DNA of 64,000 nt from Podarcis tiliguerta (Eukaryota), in the NCBI GenBank assembly GCA_965153285.1, contig OZ229129.1; one strand, written 5' to 3'. Under the pieces are notes generated by a model. That model was not told the DNA's origin and ran no database searches. It saw nothing but the letters and a program-made list of their open reading frames with translations. A program made the position numbers and the translations under genes. This document shows positions 37,844 to 49,310 of the stretch, piece after piece (position 1 is the first letter of the stretch; every line of letters begins with the position of its first letter).

Positions 37844-40800
37844 GACTGTGAAATTTATTGTGAAATCACTTCAATATATTTTATGGGGAGCAATTCATAA
37901 ATGGAATCAATCAATCGCTTTGTTTAATGGGGGAAGCACTGCAGATTTTATGGATGTGAGTCACTCCCCAGTATCTCACCATGCTTGCAGGTGAGTAGAA
38001 GATCAGGGTGGTACTAGAATTCTTAATAAACAAGCATCCATACAAAGACACCGTCGGTCTCTGGTATTAACTCTGCCACAGGAAATATGCAACACAATTT
38101 ATTTCGAAAACTGCGTGCTGTATAATGCAGGCTTATGGGCCAGAGATTGTGTAAACCAAGCCAACTTGTGGGAAAACTTTGAAAGTGAGAATTAACATTT
38201 GGTAGAGAGAGAGAGAGATTAGCAGTACCAGAAGGTGTGCAACTGAGGAAGAATGAGCGCCAGCAAGTTAGAACTTCCAGCAGAAATCTCAGTCTTACTG
38301 CAATGTGTAAGCATCAAACTCTGGTTTAAAAATTCAGTCTTTCTATAAGACAACACCAATTGAAAAAGAATAAAGGCAGAGCATCTGTTAAAACAGTCTC
38401 TGTGCAGACTTTAATTACTACTGGGCTCTTCTCTAGCTTTTCATTTTCAGCCATAAAATGTCATTGGGTGGCTGAGTTGGTACCAACAACCAAGGAGAGT
38501 GAGATCAGAAGTCATTTATTTATAAAGTTCTTGTATGTACTGTCTGGGGGGTAAACAGAAACCATTAGCACACCAACAGAAGCAATCCCAAGGGATCTGC
38601 AAATCAGAAAGCTCCCAAGGCATTGAAAGTTGACATCTTCGACTGAACTTTCAGTTGAAAGTAGAACTGAAAGTGATACTCGTCTCTAAAAGAGCTTCCC
38701 TGGATACATTCAGCAAAAAAAAATTAAGCCATAAAAAATGCCCTGAATAAACTTTGGGTTTCTTGTGTTGTTTTGTCTCCTCTTTTAAGTTATCATCATA
38801 AAATGATTTGCCAAATGGCACAACTATACAACTAAGGAATACTTTAAAAGTTACTTTTCCTGGCCCTGTAGTTAGGGTTAGGAACTGCAGTGCTCTAGTG
38901 CTTGGATACAGACTATCTACAGAGTCAGGGAGTGATAGGTCTGTTCATGATGGCTCAGACAACAGCCAGCCCTTGGTGATAGGACTTGAGACCAACTCTC
39001 CAGCTTCTTCTCTGACACCAGTTTAGCTGGCTCCTCTAATTGATTTGCTGCCTCTTCAGCTACACTGTGAAGACTTGGTTGAATCTGTCTCTACCTCACT
39101 TCCAGAGGTAAAGCCTTCACAATTCCTTCGAAGAGTCTTACTTTTAGTTCTACTTTGAACCACGTGTACCCTACCAGTAAGGAGGTCTAAGCTGCTCCAA
39201 CCTTAGACCATGTGGCTTATGTAAGCCATCCTTGTGTATTTATACAAATAATTTAAAAACATTTACCATCTTTGGAACCAAGGTTATACTGCCTGTCTTT
39301 TCTTATTCCTGTATGGAAAAGCATATAAATCTGACCTTTGAAGAGTTTCTAGGTAAACCATTTTAAACTTACCAAACTTTTTCCTTTTTAACCAAAAGCC
39401 AGCACTTAACTGGGTTGCCCAGGGGCTGTGGGGTGGAGCCAGTGTCAGAACTTGGCGTCTCATATTTGTCAGAACTTGATGCCAAAATCTATGCCCAGTG
39501 CCACCACACCATTCACAGTCCCCTAGAGCATCCTCCGTTGGAACCCTCTTTCCCGTCATTGCCCGAACTTTCCCCATCTGAAATCCCAGAATCCCTCTTC
39601 AACTCCAACAGATCATTCCATCCCTGTCCAGTTCTTACTTGTGCCATGGGCCCCATAGCATTTAGGACTCTCCTCAGTCTGTAACTCTGACTCTACCATA
39701 CCTCCTTCTCTTCAGGCTGCACCCCTTACCTACCCTACTTCATGCCTTCGTTGAGTATTTAGGAAGCTCAACACTCAGCTGACGTAAGGGTGATTCCTTA
39801 TCCACTAGGCCTCATAAAGTCTTAGACTCAGAACTTAGTGCAAGTAACTTGTCTCGCTATAGAGTAATTTTACATGGCAAAGCTAATTTTTGAACCTGGG
39901 ACAAACACACACCTGCCTGCTTTGAACTACATTTCATTTCTGGTCCATTTGATCTTCCACAAGTTGAACTGTAGCATACATCATACAACTCAACCCTTGT
40001 CCCTTGAACTGGCAGTGAGTATCCCTTGCAGATCCTAAAACCTTATTGCTTGGGTCTTGGACACCACTATGATAGGGAACCAGTTACTGTTGGACTCTGA
40101 CTCCCATCTCTCCTGTGGATGATGGGACTTGGAGTCCAACAATATCTGGAGAGCTGCATATTTCCCATTCCTGCTCTACATGATGCTACATCCCATTTAA
40201 CATGTCAGTATATACATCTTTTTTTTTTACAAAGACACCATATGTCAATAGTATTTCCTCCAACAAAGAAAACTGACCACAAAAATTATTCCTTGAACTT
40301 TTCAGTGCTGCGGAAGAGGAAGTAAAGTTGTATATCACTGTATTGATTGTTCTGTATATGAGTAGGCATCAAAGCATCAGAATTATACAGAAGTACATTC
40401 AGGGTCACAAACTGCAAGTCCACTTTGAAAATTAAAAAAAAGAAGAAGAAATAGCTTTCCCCCTGCTTCTTATTCTCCTTCCCTCAATATCCTTGAAGAC
40501 AGCCTTGAAATGAAAGAGAGAGAGGTATTTTCAAAGTACAGTTTGGCATGATTCCAGTTCTAAATAATAGACTTGATTATAAGGTTCAGAACCAAGATCA
40601 ATGAAGTTCCTTGAAGCTAACCTCAGCTTCAGAAATACAGTCTTGGATACTGTGGCTTGATTAGATCTACATATTTTTTCCCCCAACGTAGCCACCTCTG
40701 TAGAATTTAATTTGGTAACGAAAGGTGACAAAGGGGGGGGGGAAATCTTATAAAATGACATTCTGAATTGTAAAATGGCCTGTTGACAAGATCCTGTTTT

Positions 40801-41454
40801 TAAAAGTTCATTATCAAATATTGTTCAAGTTTTCTTGTTTTCCTTTTTCACAACAAATATGTTTTGGCGCACGCACACACACACCACCCCCAGATTTAGT
40901 GAATCCAATAAAGACCAATTTGTTAAGTCATTCTGAGTGGCTTTGAATGTCTGATGGAAAGATGGAAGGCATAAATCTTTGTCTTTGGACTTTTTCAATA
41001 TTTTTTTTTTTAAAGACTATGATTTACACTATGAGAAAATTATAGTCTAAGTCATCTGGTGGGCAATAGGTTGGGGAAGGGAGATAATGACTAGCCAAAA
41101 ATTGCCCCATGAGCTTCATGGTTGTGCAGGATTTTTAACCTTGTAATCTCTGTTCAAAAACCAGCACCCTGTCTGCTACTGCATGCTGTCCTCTAGATGC
41201 ACTTTATCGTTTTATTTAGATATTTTAACAATGCGGCTCAAGGCAACAATTTGTAGACACTGGTGAACCAGTGTATTCCCAGTCCATGTCACTTTCATGT
41301 GTTCATCCATAAGTCTGTTTCATTTTGTTTACACATAAATCCATTTTTTAAAAATCACATATGTGTACAGAAGTATTTTAAATACATCTAAATATGTATT
41401 CTAAGCATATTCTCTTTCAAAATAAACATATCTAAATGGACTTTCAGAATTCAA

Positions 41455-41479
41455 ATTATTATTATTATTATTATTATTA
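41455..41479. repeat. (ATT)n microsatellite
   Basis: Directly visible. Confidence 0.9.
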
Positions 41480-42399
41480 ACATATGTAAAAGCCAGTGAA
41501 TAACTGAGCTCCAATCTGTACATTACTCGAAGAGGTATAGATCAAGTCAGTTATGCAAAGAGCAATCCCTCAAGCATTTTCAACCATATGTGTAAATAGT
41601 CCCTGATGTAACTCCATCCTTTTTTTTTTTTTCTGTGACTCTAAGGCTATACACATCTATGGTTTTCCTTTTGTCACATTGCTTCTAAGCATAGCTCTCT
41701 GGGGGGTTGTTAAAAATAAGTATGGCCTCTTTGCTAAATGGAAGGATGCTCAGAAAGTATTTCTAGGTAATATTGAAATAAGAAAAAAGAAGGCTCTTAT
41801 TTGTAAGTAGGAGCTACAACATACATACATATATATGTTTAGAAGTGGAAGCTAAAATTTTATAGATCAATAACATTTGAAAGTGGAAAATGTGAACTCT
41901 GGAATGTTGGGGTTAAATGAAAAGGACAAGTCAGCAAACAAGCCAGCAATGAGGGAGTCAGAGCTGAAGAATCTCTGCTCTAGTCCAACTTATACCCAAG
42001 AAGAAGATTCCATTCATTTTCAAAAATTTAGCAGGTAGAAGTATGTAATTTGCTTGAAGGTGTTTTAATGCTATGTTTTACATTGCTGAAATCCACCTTG
42101 GTAAAGGGCAGGTAATAATAACAATAATAATGTAGTAGTTTTTAGGGAGAACCAAATTGGTGCCTTGCAGATGTTCCTGGACTCCCACCACCCCTGACCA
42201 CTGTTCCCTATTGTCTGGGGTTGAGAGTTTATCACATCTGCAGAATACCACATTTGCTATCCCTATTGTGTTTGTTCACTTGTTTCTATTTTGGACTGAT
42301 GTAACCTTGACAGTCCCAAAGTTGTGATCTAACAGGTTTACATATTGGAGAGGCTATCTCTCGGATAAGCTGGTCAGGAGTTCTTAATGGCTTAATGTA

Positions 42400-42790
42400 C
42401 TAAAAGCAGTACTTTGCAGATGCTGCTGTAGCTAATAGAAATCCAGTGCAGTTCCCTCAGCAGACGTTTAATAAGTATGCAGCAGTGAAACCACTTAACT
42501 TCCTTGCTGCAGTGTTCTGTACCAGTTGCAGCTTCTTGACCAGTCTCAAGGGAAATCCCACATAGAGTATGCTATAGTAGTCTAATTGTGCACTTACAAC
42601 TGCATGAATCACAATGCCCAAGATATTCCTGCCCAAGAAAGGGCAGAGTTGGTGTACCAACTTAAGTTAATAATAAGAGCTCCTTGCCATGGAGGTTACC
42701 TAAGTCTCCAATGACAGAGATGGATCTAAGATAACTACAAAACTATGTACCTGTTCCATCAGAGGAAGCCCAATCCAATTAAAAACAAGT
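42400..42790 (-). mobile_element. L2-clade LINE fragment
   Basis: LCPFL...VIHAVVSAQLDYYSILYVGFP...KKLQLVQNTAAR matches the L2 post-RT motif (HALVTSRLDYCN.LY.GLP...KLQLVQNAAAR). Boundaries are approximate. Confidence 0.8.
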
Positions 42791-44456
42791 AGACTACCCA
42801 CACCCCAGACTTGGGAATCATTCTCCTACAAAAACCCACCAGACTGCATTTGCCAGAGTGGTATAACAGTTAATCCCTCTCCCAAGGGACCTCTAGAAAT
42901 CAAAGCTCTGTGAGGCGAACAGGGGCCTCCTAACAATGCTCAGTATTCCTAACAATTCTTGGCACTGTTAATACACTACAGTTCCCAGGATTCTTTGGGG
43001 GAAGTCATGACTGTTAAAGAGAAATTATACTTCTTTAAATGCATAGTGCAGATGGGGCATTGGTATATTGCAGTGATCCCAGAACAACCCAATGAGCTGG
43101 ATTAGATTGAATCAAGAGTTCAGGTTAAACTGGGGTAAATCGACCACTGGCTTTTGGTATTACAATACCAAATCAGATATGTATGATTCTTGCAGTTTCT
43201 GCCTAGCCAAGCAATGAGAAGATACAAAACAACAGCAACAACATAGAGTTCGTGTAAGAGTCTGGCACATTTCTGCAACACTTTATATTAGGGTTAATCA
43301 GCTGATAAAAATCAATGCGGCTGATCATCTGATTAGCTGAACCAAATTGTAATTAGTTTGTAATTAAGATCATTTGTAAGCATACCTCATGTGTGTAATT
43401 CCTAAATTAGTTTTATATAACACGGAGCAGATTGAGATGACTTGACTGTGCTCTCTTGTGCAAATTTTGAGTTTTGCTGCTTTTAAAAATCTGCCTCAGT
43501 GCTTTCTTCTCATTTCCAAATTATATAATGGGGTGATCTGAGGCCTCCTCTATATTCTTAAAGCACAGTCATCCCGCTCTTCAGATTGGCCCAGTGGCAG
43601 CTGGAATAAAGTCAGGGAAGTTACATAGTGTTTGTAGAAACCTTAACTGGATTTCTGGCCACCTGATTTCAGCAAACTGGACATTTTGGTCCCTATCTAT
43701 ACAGGAAAAAATGTTCCGCCTCTTCAAAAAGACACTAAGAAAGTGAGATGTGATTGAAGTCAATGGGAACTGAGTCCCTTTGAAGGACATGAAACACTCT
43801 GAAACATCTCAGCCTTCAATTTAATTCCACCTGACATAAACATGATTACCTTCTTTTTTTTATAAATTAAAGCAAATCTGTTGTTTTGTCTGTGCTCATG
43901 CACTTCAATTTAAAATAATCTCTGGGGTGTTAATTCTGTGGTGTCTTGTATTCAGTCATTATATGCTTGTAGAAAATCTTATTTAGCAGAAGGCTATCTT
44001 GTAATGATTTCAACAAGAGCTTTTGCATTACACATTCATCAGTTCAATGAAAGCTCTTGATCCTTCTCCATAAAGCATGCAATCTTTGTTTAGGGACTAC
44101 ATACCTTTATGGAAAAGGCTACTTCCAAATGCCTCCTTCATACCTTCTCAAAGTATACGCTTGTTTTTTTGGGGGGGTGCTGCTTTCCCCTTCAGGTGTG
44201 TGTGTTCAGAGCAACATCTGGAAAGGAGCACCTTTTTTGCATACACCTGTAGGTGTGCTATGTGATTGGTATACACACATACAGCATCATATAGGAATTC
44301 TGGTCATATGCAACCCCTATGCATGGATACATTCTACCATTTCTTTTCAAATGTCACTCCGAATGTACAATCTGGCAAAGAGCTGGGCCAGTGGCACATG
44401 CAAAGTTAAAAGGTGAGGGGTGGGGCATGGTCCCAATCCTCTCTTCAGCCATGCAG

Positions 44457-44769
44457 GGCTTATCTACACTTATATTTTGCCCTACTCTTTTGATGCACAG
44501 GTCCACTCTTAAAATCTCTGCATCCAAGCATCCGCCCTTTTCTTTTTTGCCATGAGCTTTCCCCACAAAAACCTGCTCTTTAGCACCCATTCGGAGCAAA
44601 GGTTTTAAGCAAAGGTTTTAAGCAGATTGCTGCTTTCTCTGATTTAGCTTTAAAGAGCAGGCTTTTGTGGAAGAAGCTCTGGAGGAAACATTAAGGGCAC
44701 TTAGATACAGCACTTTATAGTGTGGACCACGCCTGGAAAAAGCAGAAGAAAGGTAAATGTGGATAAGCC
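44457..44769. mobile_element. Fold-back MITE (PIF/Harbinger-like ends)
   Basis: Ends ggcttatctacactta / taaatgtggataagcc; inner arms gagctttccccacaaaaacctgctcttta and taaagagcaggcttttgtggaagaagctc are inverted. Confidence 0.7.
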
Positions 44770-45109
44770 GTCAGTGTACACATGAGAAGTTCTGAAAAGG
44801 TTTTGTCAGACTGGCATGGAAGCTTCAGACATACTAGCCTGGGATTTTCACCCTCCTCCCAGCTCCTTAATACTTCCACTTGTTCTCTGGTATCTTCCTC
44901 GTCTTCCTAGACATCATTGATCAGTAGATGCCAACCTTTTCTAGGCTAGAATTCAAAGTCTGCTACATAGGATGCAGTGTTGTTCTTCCTACACTTTCCC
45001 CCTCCCTGCCCCCCAAATTTCTGCCCTCTCCTTTCTCTTTCCTTATGTGAAACACTTATTTTTTAATTTTTGCTTGTGTCCCTGGTTTGACCCACATTAG
45101 TACTTAAGA

Positions 45110-45356
45110 CTCCTGCCAGCCTAGCAGTTTGAAAGCACGTCAAAGTGCAAGTAGATAAATACTCCGCTCCGGCGGGAAGGTAAACGGCATTTCCGTGTGC
45201 TGCTCTGGTTCTCCAGAAGTGGCTTAGTCATGCTGGCCACATGACCCAGAAGCTGTACGCCAGCTCACTTGGCTGATAAAGCGAGATGAGCGCCACAACC
45301 CCAGAGTCGGCTATGACTGGCCCTAATGGTCAGGGGTCCCTTTACCTTTACTTTGC
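45110..45356 (+). mobile_element. Sauria SINE, 5'-truncated
   Basis: Begins at ctcctgccagcctagcag and ends in an ACCTTT tail; 13-bp TSD ttagtacttaaga at 45097-45109 and 45357-45369. Confidence 0.93.
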
Positions 45357-45642
45357 TTAGTACTTAAGAATATAATTAGAACCCTGTTGTATTAGATCAG
45401 AAATTCATCTAGTCCAGAACTATATTTTGCATGGTGGCCAACCAGCTCTTTGTGAGGCAATCTCACATTTGAGCTCTTTATGAGACTCAGATGGATGCCA
45501 TCTGGATCTCATGCTTTGTTTACAATTTGTCAGTAAGATGTAAAACATCATCTATTGTCACCTGCCACTGCTTGGCAATTGCCCACATACAAATACATAG
45601 GGTACTAAATGTAATTGCATTGTGAGAACTTTTTTCCAATTA

Positions 45643-45883
45643 CAGTGGTACCTCGGTTTAAGAACAGCCCTGTTTACACACTATTCGGTATAAGAGCTCC
45701 GCAAAACCGGAAGTAGCGTTCCAGTTAGCGAACTTTACCTTGGTCTACAAATGGAAGCAGAACAGTGGAAGGGCACTGGCAGTGGGAGGCCTTATTAGGG
45801 AAAGCACGCCTCGGTTTAAGAATGGCTTTGGTTTAAGAATGGACTTCCGGAACGGATTAAGTTCATAAACCGAGGTACCACTG
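45643..45883. mobile_element. Tc1/mariner-pogo-type MITE (241 bp), related family
   Basis: TIR cagtggtacctcggttta / taaaccgaggtaccactg; TA flanks. Confidence 0.9.
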
Positions 45884-48623
45884 TAGTTAGACATTGCTTA
45901 CATCATACACTAGGTCCTTTTGCAGAGGGTGCTTTTTTCATATTGGCTCAAAGCACTTCACTTGCATTCACCAAGTAATCCTTACAAAAATTCTGTAGAC
46001 CAAGATGATGATTATGATGGATATACTGAAGCAAACAGTTCAGGCCTAGTAATATGGCCTCATTGTGAGTTAATGACTGAACAGAAATTTGAACTCAATA
46101 TTGTTTGCTCATAGCTCATTCCGGTACATAGCTTAAGTGTAACACTATACTACTGGCTATAGTATTTCCCTTGCCTAAGACTTCTGTATACCTACATACC
46201 TACATATAAATGAGCTACTTTAAAACCTTCAATGGTATGTCATAATTGCTCAGTCTTAGTAAATGTTCATCCTGAAATTACTGCGAACATATATTTAATA
46301 ATCATTTATAAACCAAATTTACCCAATACTGCACTGGAAAATCCTAACATAGCCTAGCACTTACAACTTTCTTTAAAAAATGGTGAACTTCTGTGCAAAG
46401 CCAACAATGGGTGAAAAAATAGAAAAATGTCACTCAACTCAAATAAATATCCTTGGAATGCGATAGCAAATATGGTCACAGAGCACATTTTCTTAATTGA
46501 AAATTCAAATGATGGGTCAAGGCTAGTTTTCAATGAAACATTCAGCAATGCTGAGTGAAAAATCAATAGCTGTTTTATTATAGATTTCTTCCTCCAAGCC
46601 CCAGGCAAACACTCATTTTCCCCATCATAAGGTTTTTATATCCTTAACTCTAATGGTGAACCAGCTCTTCCGTCTTTAAGCCATTCTGCACAATAGGGGC
46701 AAGATGAATGGTGTGAGACTGTGCCCTATTTAGAAAGGCTGCTGATTATATCTCTGAAAATTGCAGCTCAAAATTCAGGTTGTGCCTCAGGCCATCACAC
46801 ATTGAAAGGCATCATCGCCTAGGGATGTAAGAAGGTAGCGATTTCTGTTCAAACCTGTACTTGTCATAATTAGTGCTGCTTCCATTCTGCTGCAATTCAT
46901 TTCCCACCAAATACTACAATACTTGTCTAGCCGTCTGCTATTTAACATAAACATGAGCTACATAACATGAGCTACATAAGTTACTTAACCATTTGCATAA
47001 CTTAACAATCATTTCAAGATAAAGGAAATGTCAAAACCACTTTTTAGAAGTCATTAATTACGTATCTTATGTGGGCTTCAAAAAGCACAATAGTGATATT
47101 AATGAATCCTGGTTGTATTTGCTCGCCTGATTTCCATTCCTGACCACAGATGAGTATTTGAATTGCAACAATTTCTGCTTCCTTTTCCATTTTGTAGGAA
47201 TTCTTTGACATTCTTCCCCTCTCCACAAAGCAGCAACACTTATAAGGCCAAATTGCAAATGTGCAAAAGTAGTATGTAATTGAAGTAGATCAGAATGATG
47301 GCAAACGTTCATAGCACATTAACCATATGCTAATATAAAATGATGGCAAAAATCTGATATGACATTAACAAATCAAAGCAATGCCGTAATCAGTATATAG
47401 AAAATAAGCATAAATGCACATTTTAAAAAACCACATAATTCTGTATGGTACATATGGTAATTCACATGGCCTATTCAATTATACACAACCTCTGCACAAT
47501 TGCAATGTAGCCTTCTGAGTTTCCTTTTCATGTTTGTTCATAAGTGGACTCTCATTCTTTTCTGTCCTTACATTTTAGATTTCCCTCTAGCTTTCTGAAA
47601 GACAGAGGTGACCTGAACTGTCACTTTTTAAAATATGAAGGAGTAAGCTGCATTTAACTGACAAGGCGTAGTGTAGTTGATTAGTTTCATGAGTGTAAAA
47701 GAAGGGTAGATCCACACTCAGCAGGGCCTTCAAGTGTTTTTACACTAAAAATCCCATCATCCCTGACCACTGGTCCTGGTCGCTAAAGATGATGGGAGTC
47801 GTAGTTGAACAACAGCTGCAGACAACGGCAACAGTGTGGGGAATTCCTACACTGACTTGCAGCAGCTATCTAGGGTTTCAGCCAAAGAGCCTTTCCCAGC
47901 CTACCTGGATATGCTAGAGACTGAATCAGAGACCTACAAGAACACACTATAGAATAAACAAGATGTTTATTTTAGGTTTTGAATCGGCAATTATGAAATG
48001 TATGAGCTCTCACACACTTTCTCAAGGCTTTCACACACACTTTCACACACTTACCCTTCAGATATTAAGATTATCAGTAAATTCTTATACATTGTGGGGA
48101 ATATCCTACATTTTTTTTTAAAATACACACACACACATAATCTGGGTATTGTCACTGTATGAAAAACAGTGGGGCCTAATTTGATCAGTAGAATGTTTGG
48201 TATCTGGTGGCCGGGGCTTGTGTGTTTTCCTCTGGAATCAGCCGCTCCCTCAAGTGTGCTTTCCTTTATGTTCAGTTAAGATTGCCAGTTATGAGGGACC
48301 AACTGCCTCGTATTGTTTCCTGCCTCAGACTTGTCTCATGTTGTTGTATTTAGTTTTTCTCATTATGTTGCTTTGTTACAGTATTATTATTATGTGAGCC
48401 ACTTAATCATCATAACCTCCAATAATAGAATCAGATTTTAAAAGTAAGCTGAACTAATTTTCTTCAAAATATAAGTAAAATCAGCAGGTGTTTTTTTTTA
48501 ATAGGCATTATAAAATAGAATTCAATGTTAAAAATAAAATTACATGTTAGCAATACATGTCAATATCTGGGTAGTAGGGTTGCCTAAACATTCGTAGCAA
48601 GCATCAAAAAATGATATTGCAAA

Positions 48624-48989
48624 GTTAAAGGTAAAGGACCCCTGACAGTTAAGTCCAGTCGCGAAGCATTCTGGGGTTGTGGTGTTCATCTTGCTTTACT
48701 GGTCGAGGGAGCCGACGTTTGTCCGCAGACAGTTTTTCCGGGTCATGTGGCCAGCATGACTAAGCCGCTTCTGGCAAAACCAGAGCAGCACACGAAAACG
48801 CCGTTTACCTTCCCGCCAGAGTGGTACCTATTTATCTACTTGCACTTTAACGTGCTTTCGAAATGCTAGGTTGGCAGGAGCTGGGACCGAGCAATGGGAG
48901 CTCACTCCGTCTCAGGGATTCGAACCGCCAACCTTCTGATTGGCAAGCCCTAGGCTCAGTGGTTTAGACCACAGCGCCACCAGCATCGC
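48624..48989 (-). mobile_element. Sauria SINE, full length
   Basis: Reverse complement of the 3375-type element; 12-bp TSD tgatattgcaaa at 48612-48623 and 48990-49001. Confidence 0.94.
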
Positions 48990-49164
48990 TGATATTGCAA
49001 AAGCCCCTTCCTAATATGAATGGGCAGCAAGTTCCAGAGCATACATGCTGCCACACTGAAGGACTGATTCCTTGATGGTGCCACTTATAAGTATCAGTTT
49101 CACAGATCTAAGCAGTCAAACAACTGTATATGGGGTAGGCATGTATGATGAGTGAGCTGCATGC

Positions 49165-49310
49165 ATAGAACAATAGAATCATAGAATTCTATAGTTGGAA
49201 AGGACCCCAAGTGCCATCTGGTTGAACCCCCTGAAATGCAGGAATATACAGGTAGGATTGAACCCATGACTTCAGAATTATCAGCACCATGCTCTAATCA
49301 TCTGAGCTAA
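49165..49310 (-). mobile_element. tRNA-Ile-derived SINE with CR1-type 3' tail
   Basis: Minus strand TTAGCTCAGATGATTAGAGCATGGTGCTGATAA...GGGTTCAATCC aligns to tRNA-Ile. It is followed by gggggttcaaccagatg...ccaactatagaattctatgattcta, resembling the CR1 3' end at 5647-5715. Confidence 0.75.

Noticed and set aside
39200-39520. Minus-strand betaretroviral matrix-like (PWF...QGWL...W.KVG) and zinc-knuckle-like words
   Set aside because: The knuckle lacks its last Cys, the order and spacing are wrong for gag, and there are multiple stops. Not called as an ERV.
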